Shown here: piece after piece, positions 8,838-18,767 of the stretch
Numbering within the stretch: position 1 is the first letter of the stretch
Layout: each line of letters begins with the position of its first letter
Assembly: GCA_031367345.1 (NCBI GenBank)
Contig: JANLPR010000118.1
Coordinates: forward strand, 121,591 to 185,590
Source: Bacteroidota bacterium
GTDB taxonomy: Bacteria; Bacteroidota; Bacteroidia; AKYH767-A; 2013-40CM-41-45
DNA: 64,000 nt
Reading direction: 5' to 3'
Notes under the pieces: generated by a model
Told to the model about the DNA's origin: nothing
The model's input: the letters and a program-made list of their open reading frames with translations, nothing else
The model's database searches: none
Made by a program: the position numbers and the translations under genes

Positions 8838-10154
8838 TTAGATTGAACGATTAATATCAAATTGTTCCAAGTAATCAGCAATACGACGAAGGAAACTTCC
8901 TCCCAATCCACCATCAACTACACGGTGATCGTAAGAAAGCGATAAGAACATCATGTGTCTGATGCCTATAGAATCACCTTCCGGCGTTTCTATTACTGCC
9001 GGTTTTTTTCTGATTGCACCAACAGCTAATATAGCAACTTGCGGTTGATTAATAATAGGCGTACCCATCACATTCCCGAAAGTTCCAACGTTTGTAATAG
9101 TAAACGTTCCATCTTGAATTTCATCAGGCTTCAACTTATTATTTCTTGCTCGAGTGGCCAAATCATTTACACTCTTAGTGATTCCTATTAAGTTCAGTTG
9201 ATCTGTATTTTTAATAACCGGAACGATAAGATTTCCTGATGGAAGAGCAGTAGCCATTCCAATATTAATATATTTTTTAACAATTATTTTTGTACCGTCA
9301 ACCGAAACATTTACCATTGGAAAATCTCTGATGGCCTTGCATACCGCTTCAATAAAAAGAGGAGTAAAAGTGATCTTTTCTTTTTCTCGTTTCTCAAACG
9401 AACTTTTTACTTTCTCTCTCCATCTTACAAGATTGGTAACATCTGCTTCTACGTAAGAAGTAACGTGAGGCGATACGTGCTTCGACATTACCATATGGTC
9501 GGCAATAAGCTTACGCATCCGATCCATTTCAATGATTTCTACATCTCCAGAAATGGAAACCGCAGGAGGAGTATATGTTTTTGGTGCAATAGCTTGAAAG
9601 GAAACATTACTTTGCGATTGTAGTGCAATAGGCTTTTCTGTTCTTGATGAAATGTGATCTATCAAATCCTGCTTAGTGAGGCGATTATTAGACCCTGAAC
9701 CTTTGATCGTTTCCAACTCATTCATCGGCACACCTTCTTTCTGTGCAATATTTCTAACCAACGGAGAATAAAAACGACCACTGGCAGAAGTCTTTTCCAC
9801 CGAAATTGTCTCGGCACTTACTACACCATTTGAAGAAACAGGTTCAACAACTTTACTAGATTCAACAAGCTTAGGAGTATTCAATTTTTCAGTACCAGAA
9901 TTTACTTCTGCTTTTTCTCCCGCGCCGGAAATCAGTGCAATGACTTCACCAACTTTAACAACCTGGCCTTCTTCAAATAATCGCTTAGAAATAATCCCTG
10001 CCGATGGTGATGGAACTTCTGAGTCTACTTTATCTGTGGCAATCTCTAAAATTGACTCATCAGCTTCAACTGAATCACCTTCTTTTTTTAACCATTTTAA
10101 TATGGTTGCTTCTGCAACGCTTTCGCCCATTTTGGGCATGATCAATTGGATCAT
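8838..10154 (-). CDS. 2-oxoacid dehydrogenase E2 component (dihydrolipoamide acyltransferase)
   Basis: Lipoyl-attachment motif (ATDKVDSEVPSP), Ala/Pro-rich linker, peripheral subunit-binding domain, catalytic DHRVVDG motif. Start trimmed to the internal MIQLIMPKMGES. Confidence 0.8.
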   Translation of the reverse strand: MIQLIMPKMGESVAEATILKWLKKEGDSVEADESILEIATDKVDSEVPSPSAGIISKRLFEEGQVVKVGEVIALISGAGEKAEVNSGTEKLNTPKLVESSKVVEPVSSNGVVSAETISVEKTSASGRFYSPLVRNIAQKEGVPMNELETIKGSGSNNRLTKQDLIDHISSRTEKPIALQSQSNVSFQAIAPKTYTPPAVSISGDVEIIEMDRMRKLIADHMVMSKHVSPHVTSYVEADVTNLVRWREKVKSSFEKREKEKITFTPLFIEAVCKAIRDFPMVNVSVDGTKIIVKKYINIGMATALPSGNLIVPVIKNTDQLNLIGITKSVNDLATRARNNKLKPDEIQDGTFTITNVGTFGNVMGTPIINQPQVAILAVGAIRKKPAVIETPEGDSIGIRHMMFLSLSYDHRVVDGGLGGSFLRRIADYLEQFDINRSI

Positions 10155-10222
10155 GGAATAGATTGATATGAATGTGTACTTTCTGAACTTATTGCTCCCG
10201 TAGAGCGAATACAAATTTATTA

Positions 10223-12214
10223 TTATTTACTTCCTAAAGGAGATTTTCGACCTAATTTTCTCCACCCTTTTCGAATAATATGTAAGTCGGTATAAACCTT
10301 GTAATCTTTTGCATATAAAGAATTTAGCCTATTAGTGGTAAGTTCATCTGTTGGTATATTTTCTAAGGCGTCAACAGGACTCAATATTCCTGGGCGAATT
10401 GAAGGTAAATTGAGAAGTCCGTTCCTCGAAAATGAATAACTAACCCACGATGTTTTACCAATCATTACATTAAAAATATTCGCCAAAAAACCACCGGGGT
10501 CTTGTTGAAATAAAATAATCAATGGCGAGAATAGTAGAAACACAATTGAACATATAATATCAATTAATCTCTTGTTTCTCTTATTTACAATTTTGTTGAT
10601 GCTATTGATGTCAATCACATATAATTCACCGGGGTCTTCTACAGAATTACTGCCGATAATAAATAAACTTTCAGGAGGTGCAATCTTAAACTCAAGATCA
10701 GCACGTTTCACTTTTGACATAACATCAATAATCTGATGAGATGAAATATCTTTCCCACAGAAAATTATCTCATCAACAGCATAGACATCTGTAATTTCAG
10801 CAATCCTATTAAATTCACCCAAGTAGTACTTTTCATATTCCTGAAATGCACGATCTTTTTCATGTACACTTTCAGGCTGTACAAAACCAATAAAGTTATG
10901 AGACGTATCAGACAATTTCAAAAGAGAAAGCACACGATTACTTTCTTCTTCCTTTCCCACAATAATCAATTTCTTTCGGTAATCGCCCGAAAGATTAAAA
11001 TTCTGCTTTCGAATTACATTTATTAAAAATCGAAAACCAACAATTGAAAGAGTAGCCCAAACACTTCCAAGTAAAATAATTGCTCTTGAGAAACGATAAC
11101 TTTCAGGAAGCAATGCATAAACTACCAGGATCAATAATGTACCCAAAAAAACTCCTCTAATAATGCGACTCAATTTTATTGGTTTATCATATCCGCCACT
11201 AAAAAATATAGAAGTGATCCAGATGAGCCCATACAATGGCACCGCAAATTTCATAAATTCATCCGGGTAATTAATCATAAAGTTTGTTCCCCAATAATTC
11301 TTTAGCAGAAAAACACCAATAATTATTAATGCAAGATCCGAAATAGGGAAAAAGAAATTATCAATAAATCTCGATAAAATTGCAACTCCTGCTCGCAAAT
11401 AAACAGCGATATTGATAAAGAATGAAAACAACGAGGCATTTGATTTTGAGAAATGCTTTTTCGCAAAAATGATCATTGCATTATAAAAAACGAAAACATA
11501 ATTTACACTTGTACGCTTTGTACTTTCGCCTTTATAATGAATAATCCTTGTCTCTGGAAAATAATAGTTTTTATATCCTGCTTTTGTTATTCGATATGAA
11601 AGATCAATATCTTCTCCGTACATAAAGAAATCTTCGTCTAAAAGACCAATCTCATTCAGCACTTTGCGACGCAACAACATAAAGGCTCCTGCCAAAATAT
11701 CAACTGTATTGATTTCATTTTCGTCCAAATATCCAAGATGATATTTACCAAATTTTTTACTCTTTGGAAATAGTTTTGATAACCCAAAGATTTTATAAAA
11801 AGCAACATCATAGGTTGGCAATCCTCGCTTAGATTCAGGCAAAAATTTACCACTTCCATCAATCATTTTTACACCTAAGCCACCAGCATCAGGATGTACA
11901 TCCATAAATTCAATTATCTTTTCAAATGTATCTTCTTCTACAACCGTATCAGGGTTTAAGAGTAACACATATTCTCCGCTAGACTCACGAATAGCTTGAT
12001 TGTTTGCCTTGGAAAAACCTCTGTTATCTTTATTTGCTATTACTTTTACTGTCGGAAATTTCTTCAGAACCATTTCTACACTTCCGTCAACAGAATTATT
12101 ATCCACAACCCAAATTTCAACTGAACACTTTTCAGCAGCCTTGAGAGTAGAGTGGAGGCACTGTTCGAGAAAGTACTTCACATTATAATTAACAATTACG
12201 ACAGATAGTTTCAC
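10223..12214 (-). CDS. family-2 glycosyltransferase fused via TM segments to a degenerate polyprenyl-phosphate sugar-transferase-like C-terminal region
   Basis: N-terminus MKLSVVIVNYN...DNNSVDGS...NRGFSKANN (GT2 DxD region). Central multi-TM segment. C-terminus RLIDIICSIVFLLFSPLIIL then DPGGF..NIFNVMIGKTSWV aligns to the flanks of the bacterial sugar-transferase domain but lacks the KFRSM/DEIPQ core present in the 16474..17889 paralog. Confidence 0.65.
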   Translation of the reverse strand: MKLSVVIVNYNVKYFLEQCLHSTLKAAEKCSVEIWVVDNNSVDGSVEMVLKKFPTVKVIANKDNRGFSKANNQAIRESSGEYVLLLNPDTVVEEDTFEKIIEFMDVHPDAGGLGVKMIDGSGKFLPESKRGLPTYDVAFYKIFGLSKLFPKSKKFGKYHLGYLDENEINTVDILAGAFMLLRRKVLNEIGLLDEDFFMYGEDIDLSYRITKAGYKNYYFPETRIIHYKGESTKRTSVNYVFVFYNAMIIFAKKHFSKSNASLFSFFINIAVYLRAGVAILSRFIDNFFFPISDLALIIIGVFLLKNYWGTNFMINYPDEFMKFAVPLYGLIWITSIFFSGGYDKPIKLSRIIRGVFLGTLLILVVYALLPESYRFSRAIILLGSVWATLSIVGFRFLINVIRKQNFNLSGDYRKKLIIVGKEEESNRVLSLLKLSDTSHNFIGFVQPESVHEKDRAFQEYEKYYLGEFNRIAEITDVYAVDEIIFCGKDISSHQIIDVMSKVKRADLEFKIAPPESLFIIGSNSVEDPGELYVIDINSINKIVNKRNKRLIDIICSIVFLLFSPLIILFQQDPGGFLANIFNVMIGKTSWVSYSFSRNGLLNLPSIRPGILSPVDALENIPTDELTTNRLNSLYAKDYKVYTDLHIIRKGWRKLGRKSPLGSK

Positions 12215-12273
12215 AGCTATTGTTCAGAGATTTTCAAAAGTAAAAAAGGAAACGTGGTCTTTGATGTCATAAA

Positions 12274-12903
12274 TTATTTGATCAAAGAATTTTCGTAAGG
12301 AACACGTTGAATAATTGAACGACCTAAAGTTACCTCATCAGCGAATTCTAAATCACTGCCAACAGAAATTCCTCTAGCAATAGAAGTAAATTTCAAATCC
12401 TTTCGTTCGCTCTGATTTATTTTTTTATAAATAAAATACGATGTTGTTTCACCTTCCATAGTAGCAGGTAAAGCAATAATAATTTCCTTGAATCTATTAT
12501 CTTTTAATCGATCTAGCATAGAAGGTAGGTTAAGGTCGTTCGGGCCTATACCATCCATTGGAGAAATAATTCCTCCTAAAATATGATAGTATCCTCTGTA
12601 TTGTTGTGTGTTCTCAATGGCAATTACATCTCTAAGATCTTCAACAATACATAGACATTGAGTGTCTCTGCTTTGATCAGCGCAGATATCACAAACATCT
12701 GACTCCGAAATATTATGACAAGTTGCACAATATTTTACTTCATTGTGTAATCGAGTAAGAGCATTCCCCAAACGGTAAGAACTTTCTTTATCAGATTTCA
12801 ATAAGTGCAAAACTAATCGTAGTGCAGTCCGCTTTCCAATACCGGGTAAGCGACTAAACTCAGCGACAGATTCTTCTACTATTTTTGATGAAAGTGGACT
12901 CAA
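12274..12903 (-). CDS. recR: recombination protein RecR
   Basis: HhH motif (FSRLPGIGKRTALRL), C4 zinc finger (CATCHNISESDVCDIC), Toprim domain. The ATG at 12978 gives a 30-aa non-RecR leader; the likely true start is a TTG near 12903 (LSPLSSKIVEESVAEF). Confidence 0.8.
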   Translation of the reverse strand: MSPLSSKIVEESVAEFSRLPGIGKRTALRLVLHLLKSDKESSYRLGNALTRLHNEVKYCATCHNISESDVCDICADQSRDTQCLCIVEDLRDVIAIENTQQYRGYYHILGGIISPMDGIGPNDLNLPSMLDRLKDNRFKEIIIALPATMEGETTSYFIYKKINQSERKDLKFTSIARGISVGSDLEFADEVTLGRSIIQRVPYENSLIK

Positions 12904-13084
12904 AGTAGTGTTGATAATTAAAGGCCTATATAACGGTAATGAGCTTGCTAAATTACTTATTTTGGGACTTGAAGCCAAGAATATTTATTGTTTTATTAAC
13001 GCAATAAAGTGCATGAATGAATCTTGCTTTTCATTCTTATCCTTGAATATTCAACTACGTCAAATTACTTAAACCAACTCATCA

Positions 13085-14548
13085 ATGTCTCCAAGTCTCA
13101 TCCTATCCTGCGTTATTGCCTATTCCGCCCTTTTGTTTTTTGTGGTCTGGAGAACGAGTAGAAATGCAGATAACGACACTTTTTTCATAGGCAATAAATC
13201 ATCTAAATGGTATTTAGTAGCTTACGGAATGATAGGCGCAAGCTTGTCCGGCGTCACTTTTATGTCTGTGCCTGGTATAGTCGGTGCAACAAACTTCTCT
13301 TATCTAATCTTAGTATTTGGTTACTTTTTTGGTTATGCCGCTATTTCATTGATTCTTCTTCCTATTTATTACAAAATGAATTTAACTTCCATTTATTCAT
13401 ATTTAGAATCGAGGTTGGGATTTTGGAGCTATAAAACAGGGGCTTTTTATTTCATTCTAAGTAGAACTATTGGCGCCGCCTTCCGATTATATATTGTAGT
13501 AAATGTTCTTCAACTTTTTATTTTCGATGCATGGGGTGTTCCATTTTGGATAACTGTAGCTTCCTTTATAATTCTCATTTTACTTTATACGTATAAAGGA
13601 GGAGTAAAAACTATTGTATGGACAGATACGCTTCAAACAACTTTTATGTTGTTAGCTGTCGTGATTTCTGTAATATCCATATCATCATCTTTACACATGG
13701 GAATTAGCGATCTTTTTTCAGCAATACATAGAAAAGGATACGATAGTATGATCAATTCTGATTGGCGATCAAAGACCTTTTTCTTAAAACAATTTTTTGG
13801 GGGTATGTTCATCAGTATAGCAATGACCGGTCTAGATCAAGAAATGATGCAAAAAAATATAAGCGTTAAGACCTTAGCAAACTCGCAAAAAAACATGTTT
13901 ACTTTTAGTGTTGTCTTAGTATTTATAAATTTTCTCTTTCTATGTTTAGGCGCACTTCTTTATATATATAGTTCGGCAAACGGCATCACGTTACCGGCAA
14001 AATCTGATGATCTTTTTCCTATTATAGCTATTAATCATATTGGCGGATTCGTAGCCATTGTTTTCATCATTGGATTAATTTCAGCTGCATATCCAAGCGC
14101 TGATGGTGCATTAACAGCACTAACATCCTCGTTTTGTATCGACTTTTTAAATTTCAACAAATCAACTATGCCTGAAAAACAAAAAACGAGAAGAAGATAC
14201 TTAGTACACATCTCGTTTGCAATAATTCTATTGATGGTTATCCTAATTTTTAAAGTGATTAACGATGACGCAGTAATAAGCAAATTATTTACTGTAGCCG
14301 GTTACACATACGGACCTTTACTGGGCCTTTTCACTTTTGGAATTTTTTCCAAGAAATCACCAATAGACAAATTCGTACCTATTGTATGTCTTGCTTCCCC
14401 TTTAATCTGCTATATTATCAACGAACACTCAACAACATGGTTCAATAATTACAAATTCGGCTTTGAATTATTGATCTTAAATGGACTTATCACCTTCATC
14501 GGACTTCACTTTATTTCGACAAAAAAAGAGAGTATACCACAAAAATGA
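13085..14548 (+). CDS. sodium:solute symporter (SSF) family transporter
   Basis: 487 aa, ~13 TM segments, SSF-type N-terminal region. Substrate not inferable. Confidence 0.7.
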   Translation: MSPSLILSCVIAYSALLFFVVWRTSRNADNDTFFIGNKSSKWYLVAYGMIGASLSGVTFMSVPGIVGATNFSYLILVFGYFFGYAAISLILLPIYYKMNLTSIYSYLESRLGFWSYKTGAFYFILSRTIGAAFRLYIVVNVLQLFIFDAWGVPFWITVASFIILILLYTYKGGVKTIVWTDTLQTTFMLLAVVISVISISSSLHMGISDLFSAIHRKGYDSMINSDWRSKTFFLKQFFGGMFISIAMTGLDQEMMQKNISVKTLANSQKNMFTFSVVLVFINFLFLCLGALLYIYSSANGITLPAKSDDLFPIIAINHIGGFVAIVFIIGLISAAYPSADGALTALTSSFCIDFLNFNKSTMPEKQKTRRRYLVHISFAIILLMVILIFKVINDDAVISKLFTVAGYTYGPLLGLFTFGIFSKKSPIDKFVPIVCLASPLICYIINEHSTTWFNNYKFGFELLILNGLITFIGLHFISTKKESIPQK

Positions 14549-14618
14549 TGTTGATAAGAGTGTTGAGATTATGGCACGATTATGATAGCATCCAAGATCA
14601 TATTCCTAAATTTACACA

Positions 14619-15557
14619 ATGAAAATTACTAGTATTATTCTATTGTTATTGCTCACAGAAATTGTGTTCGGAATTCAGACAGAAAAATTACCAAAACATA
14701 AAATTTCCGGAAAGGAATATTATATTTATTCAGTCAACCAAGGTGATAGCTGGTATTCAATCGCAAGAAAATTTAAATTGAGTTATTCAGAAATCCGTCT
14801 TTCCAACAAAGAGTCGGATAAATTGATTCCGGGAAAAAAAATAAATATTCCTGCTGCGAAACTAAAACTCAACGATCCTTTTTTCGAGAAAAATCATTTA
14901 GATACCAAGAGTAACGCCCCTGAAAAATCAGCTGCAAAAACGCACAAAGTAAAGGCGGGTGAAAACTTATTTTCCATTTCGAAAAAATACAATCTTTCAG
15001 TAGAAGAAGTAAAATCACTAAATAACTTGAATTCAAATACAATTCATAAAGATCAAATTTTAATTGTGAGCGAGCCCAAAAAGGAAGTAAAGGAAATCAT
15101 AGCACGTTCTAAAAAAGAAAGTACAGAATTAGTCAAGCCTGTGGTTGATTCAGAGAAAAGTGAAATAAAGTCTCCCAATTCGAAAGAAGATAAGAGAGAA
15201 GTTGAAAGTATAGCACCGGCTGTAACAACTAATAAAAAAGAAGAAGCAAAAATTATTTTCTCAAACAGCCGACAAGAATTTAATGAGACAGGTGTTGCCG
15301 GTTGGCTGGAAGATCAAAATTCTAAATCAACAAAATATTATGCTCTTCATCGCACAGCTCCAATAGGTACGATCATAAAAATTACCAATAGAATGAATTC
15401 AAGTTCTATATATGTAAAAGTTGTAGGAAAATTACCTGACACAGGAGACAATTCCGGTTTGATCATTAAATTGTCAAAAGCAGGAGCAGAAAAGCTGGGA
15501 GTAATTGATGAACGTTTTCAAGCAGAATTAGTATATGGACTAAACAAATCAAAGTAA
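14619..15557 (+). CDS. secreted LysM-repeat protein with C-terminal RlpA-like double-psi beta-barrel domain
   Basis: Signal peptide. Two LysM motifs (YYIYSVNQGDSWYSIARKF..., HKVKAGENLFSISKKYNL...). C-terminal YALHRTAPIGTIIKITN...VKVV resembles the RlpA/DPBB fold. Confidence 0.6.
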   Translation: MKITSIILLLLLTEIVFGIQTEKLPKHKISGKEYYIYSVNQGDSWYSIARKFKLSYSEIRLSNKESDKLIPGKKINIPAAKLKLNDPFFEKNHLDTKSNAPEKSAAKTHKVKAGENLFSISKKYNLSVEEVKSLNNLNSNTIHKDQILIVSEPKKEVKEIIARSKKESTELVKPVVDSEKSEIKSPNSKEDKREVESIAPAVTTNKKEEAKIIFSNSRQEFNETGVAGWLEDQNSKSTKYYALHRTAPIGTIIKITNRMNSSSIYVKVVGKLPDTGDNSGLIIKLSKAGAEKLGVIDERFQAELVYGLNKSK

Positions 15558-15558
15558 G

Positions 15559-16446
15559 TTAACGAACAAATTTGTCTGCTACTTTTATTTCTTTTGACCC
15601 ATCCTGGTAATTATAAAATCCGATTTTATTTTTCACACCTAAGTTACCTGCTGCAACCATATTTACCAGCAAAGGACATGGAGCATATTTGGGATTACCA
15701 AAGCCTTCGTGGAGAACCCGGAGAATAGAAAGACATACATCCAAACCAATAAAATCAGCGAGTTGCAAAGGACCCATAGGATGAGCCATTCCTAATTTCA
15801 TTACTGTATCTATTTCTTCAACACCGGCAACTCCTTCGTAGAGTGAATAGATTGCTTCATTGATCATTGGCATTAATATTCGGTTTGCAATAAATCCGGG
15901 ATAATCATTAACCTCAACCGGTATTTTTTCCAACTTCTTTGAAAGCTCAACGATTGTATTAGTCACTTCATCACTTGTTGCGTATCCACGAATAATCTCC
16001 ACCAGTTTCATAAGAGGAACAGGATTCATGAAATGCATTCCAATTACTTTATCTGCACGTTTAGTTTGCGCTGCTATTTGTGTGATCGAAATAGAAGAAG
16101 TATTGGTAGCTAAAATGGCTTCAGAATCACAAAATTTATCGAGATCTCTAAAGATCTTACATTTCAAATCAATATTTTCAGTAGCCGCTTCTACAACTAA
16201 TCCGCAGCCTTTAACTCCTTCTTCAAGTGAAGTAAATGTAACAAGATTAGAAAGGGCTGCACTTTTATCCTGTTCAGTCAACTTGCCTTTTATAATCATA
16301 CGATCTAAATTTTTTCCGATTACATCTTTTGCACGTTGAAGTGCATCCGACGAAACATCGATCATATTTACTTTAAATCCATATTGTGCAAACACATGCG
16401 AAATACCATTCCCCATTGTTCCTGCTCCTATAACTGCAACTTTCAT
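15559..16446 (-). CDS. hbd: 3-hydroxybutyryl-CoA / 3-hydroxyacyl-CoA dehydrogenase
   Basis: Rossmann N-terminus MKVAVIGAGTMGNGI and C-terminal 3HCDH dimerisation domain; 295 aa. Confidence 0.8.
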   Translation of the reverse strand: MKVAVIGAGTMGNGISHVFAQYGFKVNMIDVSSDALQRAKDVIGKNLDRMIIKGKLTEQDKSAALSNLVTFTSLEEGVKGCGLVVEAATENIDLKCKIFRDLDKFCDSEAILATNTSSISITQIAAQTKRADKVIGMHFMNPVPLMKLVEIIRGYATSDEVTNTIVELSKKLEKIPVEVNDYPGFIANRILMPMINEAIYSLYEGVAGVEEIDTVMKLGMAHPMGPLQLADFIGLDVCLSILRVLHEGFGNPKYAPCPLLVNMVAAGNLGVKNKIGFYNYQDGSKEIKVADKFVR

Positions 16447-16473
16447 AGCGTACTTTTAAAAATTAAACAACTA

Positions 16474-17889
16474 TTATTTTCCTTTATGCTTAATGATAAT
16501 CATAGCCGTATAGATCATAATTTTAAAATCAACAGCTAACGACATATTTTCAATGTATATCAAATCGTATTTCAAACGCTCAATCATTTGATCTACATTT
16601 TCTGCATAACCAAATTTCACTTGACCCCATGAAGTAATTCCCGGCCTTACCTTGTGAAGATGTCGATAATGAGGTGCTTTCTCCATAATGAGATCAATGA
16701 AGTATTGTCTTTCCGGTCGTGGACCAACAATACTCATATCTCCTTTCAACACATTATAAAATTGTGGTATTTCATCCAAACGAATCTTCCGCATCCATCT
16801 GCCAAATTTGGTAATTCGTGAATCGTACGAACTTGAAAGTTGAGGTCCTGCTCGTTCGGCATTTTTCATCATCGAACGAAATTTATAGATCTTGAACGGT
16901 TTACCATGTAATCCAATACGCTCATGACTATAAAATAATCCGCCGGGTGATGAAATCATTACACCAATTGAAGTAAAAAGATAAAGAGGAGAAAAAATAA
17001 CCATTACAAAAATCGAAAGGAGAATGTCAAGAATCCTTTTCAATGATTGTTGCCAAACCGGCATAAGATTAGGAGATATTTCAATTAGTGGCGCACCAAA
17101 AATCGAATTCATTTTTACTGAACCTGAAAGTATATCGTACATATCAGGAATAATTTTTACGATTACAGATGTTTCTTCCAACTCGTTAATGATATTTCCT
17201 ATGCTTTCGTGTTCTGAAGATTCAAGTGCAATGATTGCTTCTTCAATTTTCAATCGCTCAATAATATCTTTAAGGTTTTTAATACCTCCCAAATTATCCA
17301 TTTGGCCGGAAAGTAAATGATCATTGTTTCCATCTACGTGAACAAATCCTACAAACTTATTTCCTGCAGACCGAAATTCATTCTTCATGGAATGAAGCAA
17401 ATTGACGGCATTCAAATTACTACCAATCATTATCGTATTAAACCCAAGCTTTCCTTTGTGAATACGATTGACTACTTGAGTTGACAATGTAAATCGGAGC
17501 GAAGCCGTAATAATAAAATGGAGGCTGAGTAAGGTGAAAAAACTTTGATAATATGACTTATAAGAAATAACTGTATCATCAAGTAACAATGAAAAGAAGA
17601 TGATCAATACGCCTAACAAAGAAAGGAATAAAGTTTGTCCCAATTCTTTCAAACGACTTTTTCGAAAAACATCTTGATAATTACCTACCAATGCATATGT
17701 AATTACCCAAGCAATTGGTATAAAAAAAATTCCGTAAAAAAATTTTTTATCTTGTAAAAAGATGGCTTTTGAAAAAAGTTGCGACTCAATAATTAATTTT
17801 CTATAAATGAAAAATAAGGCCCATGCCAAAGTTGCCGAAAACCAATCGGCGACAATAAACTTAGCAGTTTGGAATTTATTATTCATCAA
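16474..17889 (-). CDS. undecaprenyl-phosphate sugar phosphotransferase (WbaP/WcaJ-type initiating transferase)
   Basis: N-terminal TM bundle. C-terminal catalytic domain ...GKPFKIYKFRSMM...DEIPQFYNVLKGDMSIVGPRPE... with full motif set. Confidence 0.85.
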   Translation of the reverse strand: MMNNKFQTAKFIVADWFSATLAWALFFIYRKLIIESQLFSKAIFLQDKKFFYGIFFIPIAWVITYALVGNYQDVFRKSRLKELGQTLFLSLLGVLIIFFSLLLDDTVISYKSYYQSFFTLLSLHFIITASLRFTLSTQVVNRIHKGKLGFNTIMIGSNLNAVNLLHSMKNEFRSAGNKFVGFVHVDGNNDHLLSGQMDNLGGIKNLKDIIERLKIEEAIIALESSEHESIGNIINELEETSVIVKIIPDMYDILSGSVKMNSIFGAPLIEISPNLMPVWQQSLKRILDILLSIFVMVIFSPLYLFTSIGVMISSPGGLFYSHERIGLHGKPFKIYKFRSMMKNAERAGPQLSSSYDSRITKFGRWMRKIRLDEIPQFYNVLKGDMSIVGPRPERQYFIDLIMEKAPHYRHLHKVRPGITSWGQVKFGYAENVDQMIERLKYDLIYIENMSLAVDFKIMIYTAMIIIKHKGK

Positions 17890-18767
17890 TACACAACTTT
17901 AAAATTATCGAAATAGAGATTGGCTGTTGTTAGGTTAGCCGGTTTCTCTGCTCTCAAATAAATATTATATGCAAGGCCATTACTAATAACCCCTCCCAAA
18001 TCATTTAAATTTATATAAATTTTCTTCCAAGAGTTTGATGCCCGTACACTAAGCAATTCCCATTTTGTAACAGACGAAGTAGTAATATATGTTCCTACTA
18101 CAAAATCGATATCACTCTTATAGTTTAGTTCTACGTACGATAAAGTAGTTACCGGTAAATAGTAGGGCAAATTACCGGCAACTTCAAAAACTGTATTAGT
18201 ATCTACCAAAGTTACTTTCCCTGAATTGCCTTCAAACACATTTGGATCAGGAGGTGTTATAATTGTAATCGGAGTATTTCCTTGTGTAGTTTTAACCAAA
18301 TTCAAACTTGCATCATCAAAATCTTCCATGATTGGAAAAGTAACATATGTCTCATATCTTATTATAGGATGAATAGAATACGTTTTTGCAGCAATCATAT
18401 CAGTAATTGTCGTATCAAAATTTGCATACTTAGGGAATGCAGCTCTCATTCCTGAAATTCCGTCTATTACGATTCCTGCTTTCACTGTAATTTTATGAGT
18501 GCCGGTTCCTGAAATTGGAAACTTACATGGTAATGGAAATGTGCCTAGATAAACTCCATCAATTAATATCCATGCATCGGTAATTTTATTTGCATTACTT
18601 CCTTGTGATGCATAATCTGTCGTTAACTGAATACTTTCAATGGACACATAGGTTGGAATAGGAGATGGAGGTTCAACAATAGAACAAGCATTGAGCACAA
18701 AACTGATGAGTAAAAAAAATACTCCATTAAAAAAAGTAGTACGAAGATTGGTTTTCATTTTAGGCAA
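17886..18767 (-). CDS. lipoprotein of unknown function
   Basis: Lipobox LNACS. 293 aa with no recognisable catalytic motif. Start overlaps the downstream gene by 4 nt and the stop region overlaps the upstream gene, so it is translationally coupled between the oxidoreductase and the sugar transferase. Confidence 0.5.
   Translation of the reverse strand: MPKMKTNLRTTFFNGVFFLLISFVLNACSIVEPPSPIPTYVSIESIQLTTDYASQGSNANKITDAWILIDGVYLGTFPLPCKFPISGTGTHKITVKAGIVIDGISGMRAAFPKYANFDTTITDMIAAKTYSIHPIIRYETYVTFPIMEDFDDASLNLVKTTQGNTPITIITPPDPNVFEGNSGKVTLVDTNTVFEVAGNLPYYLPVTTLSYVELNYKSDIDFVVGTYITTSSVTKWELLSVRASNSWKKIYINLNDLGGVISNGLAYNIYLRAEKPANLTTANLYFDNFKVVY

Noticed and set aside
8705-8917. 70-aa minus-strand ORF bridging the TPR/PD40 start and E2 stop
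   Set aside because: Overlaps both coding termini. Most parsimonious as a spurious frame in the intergenic/start region.
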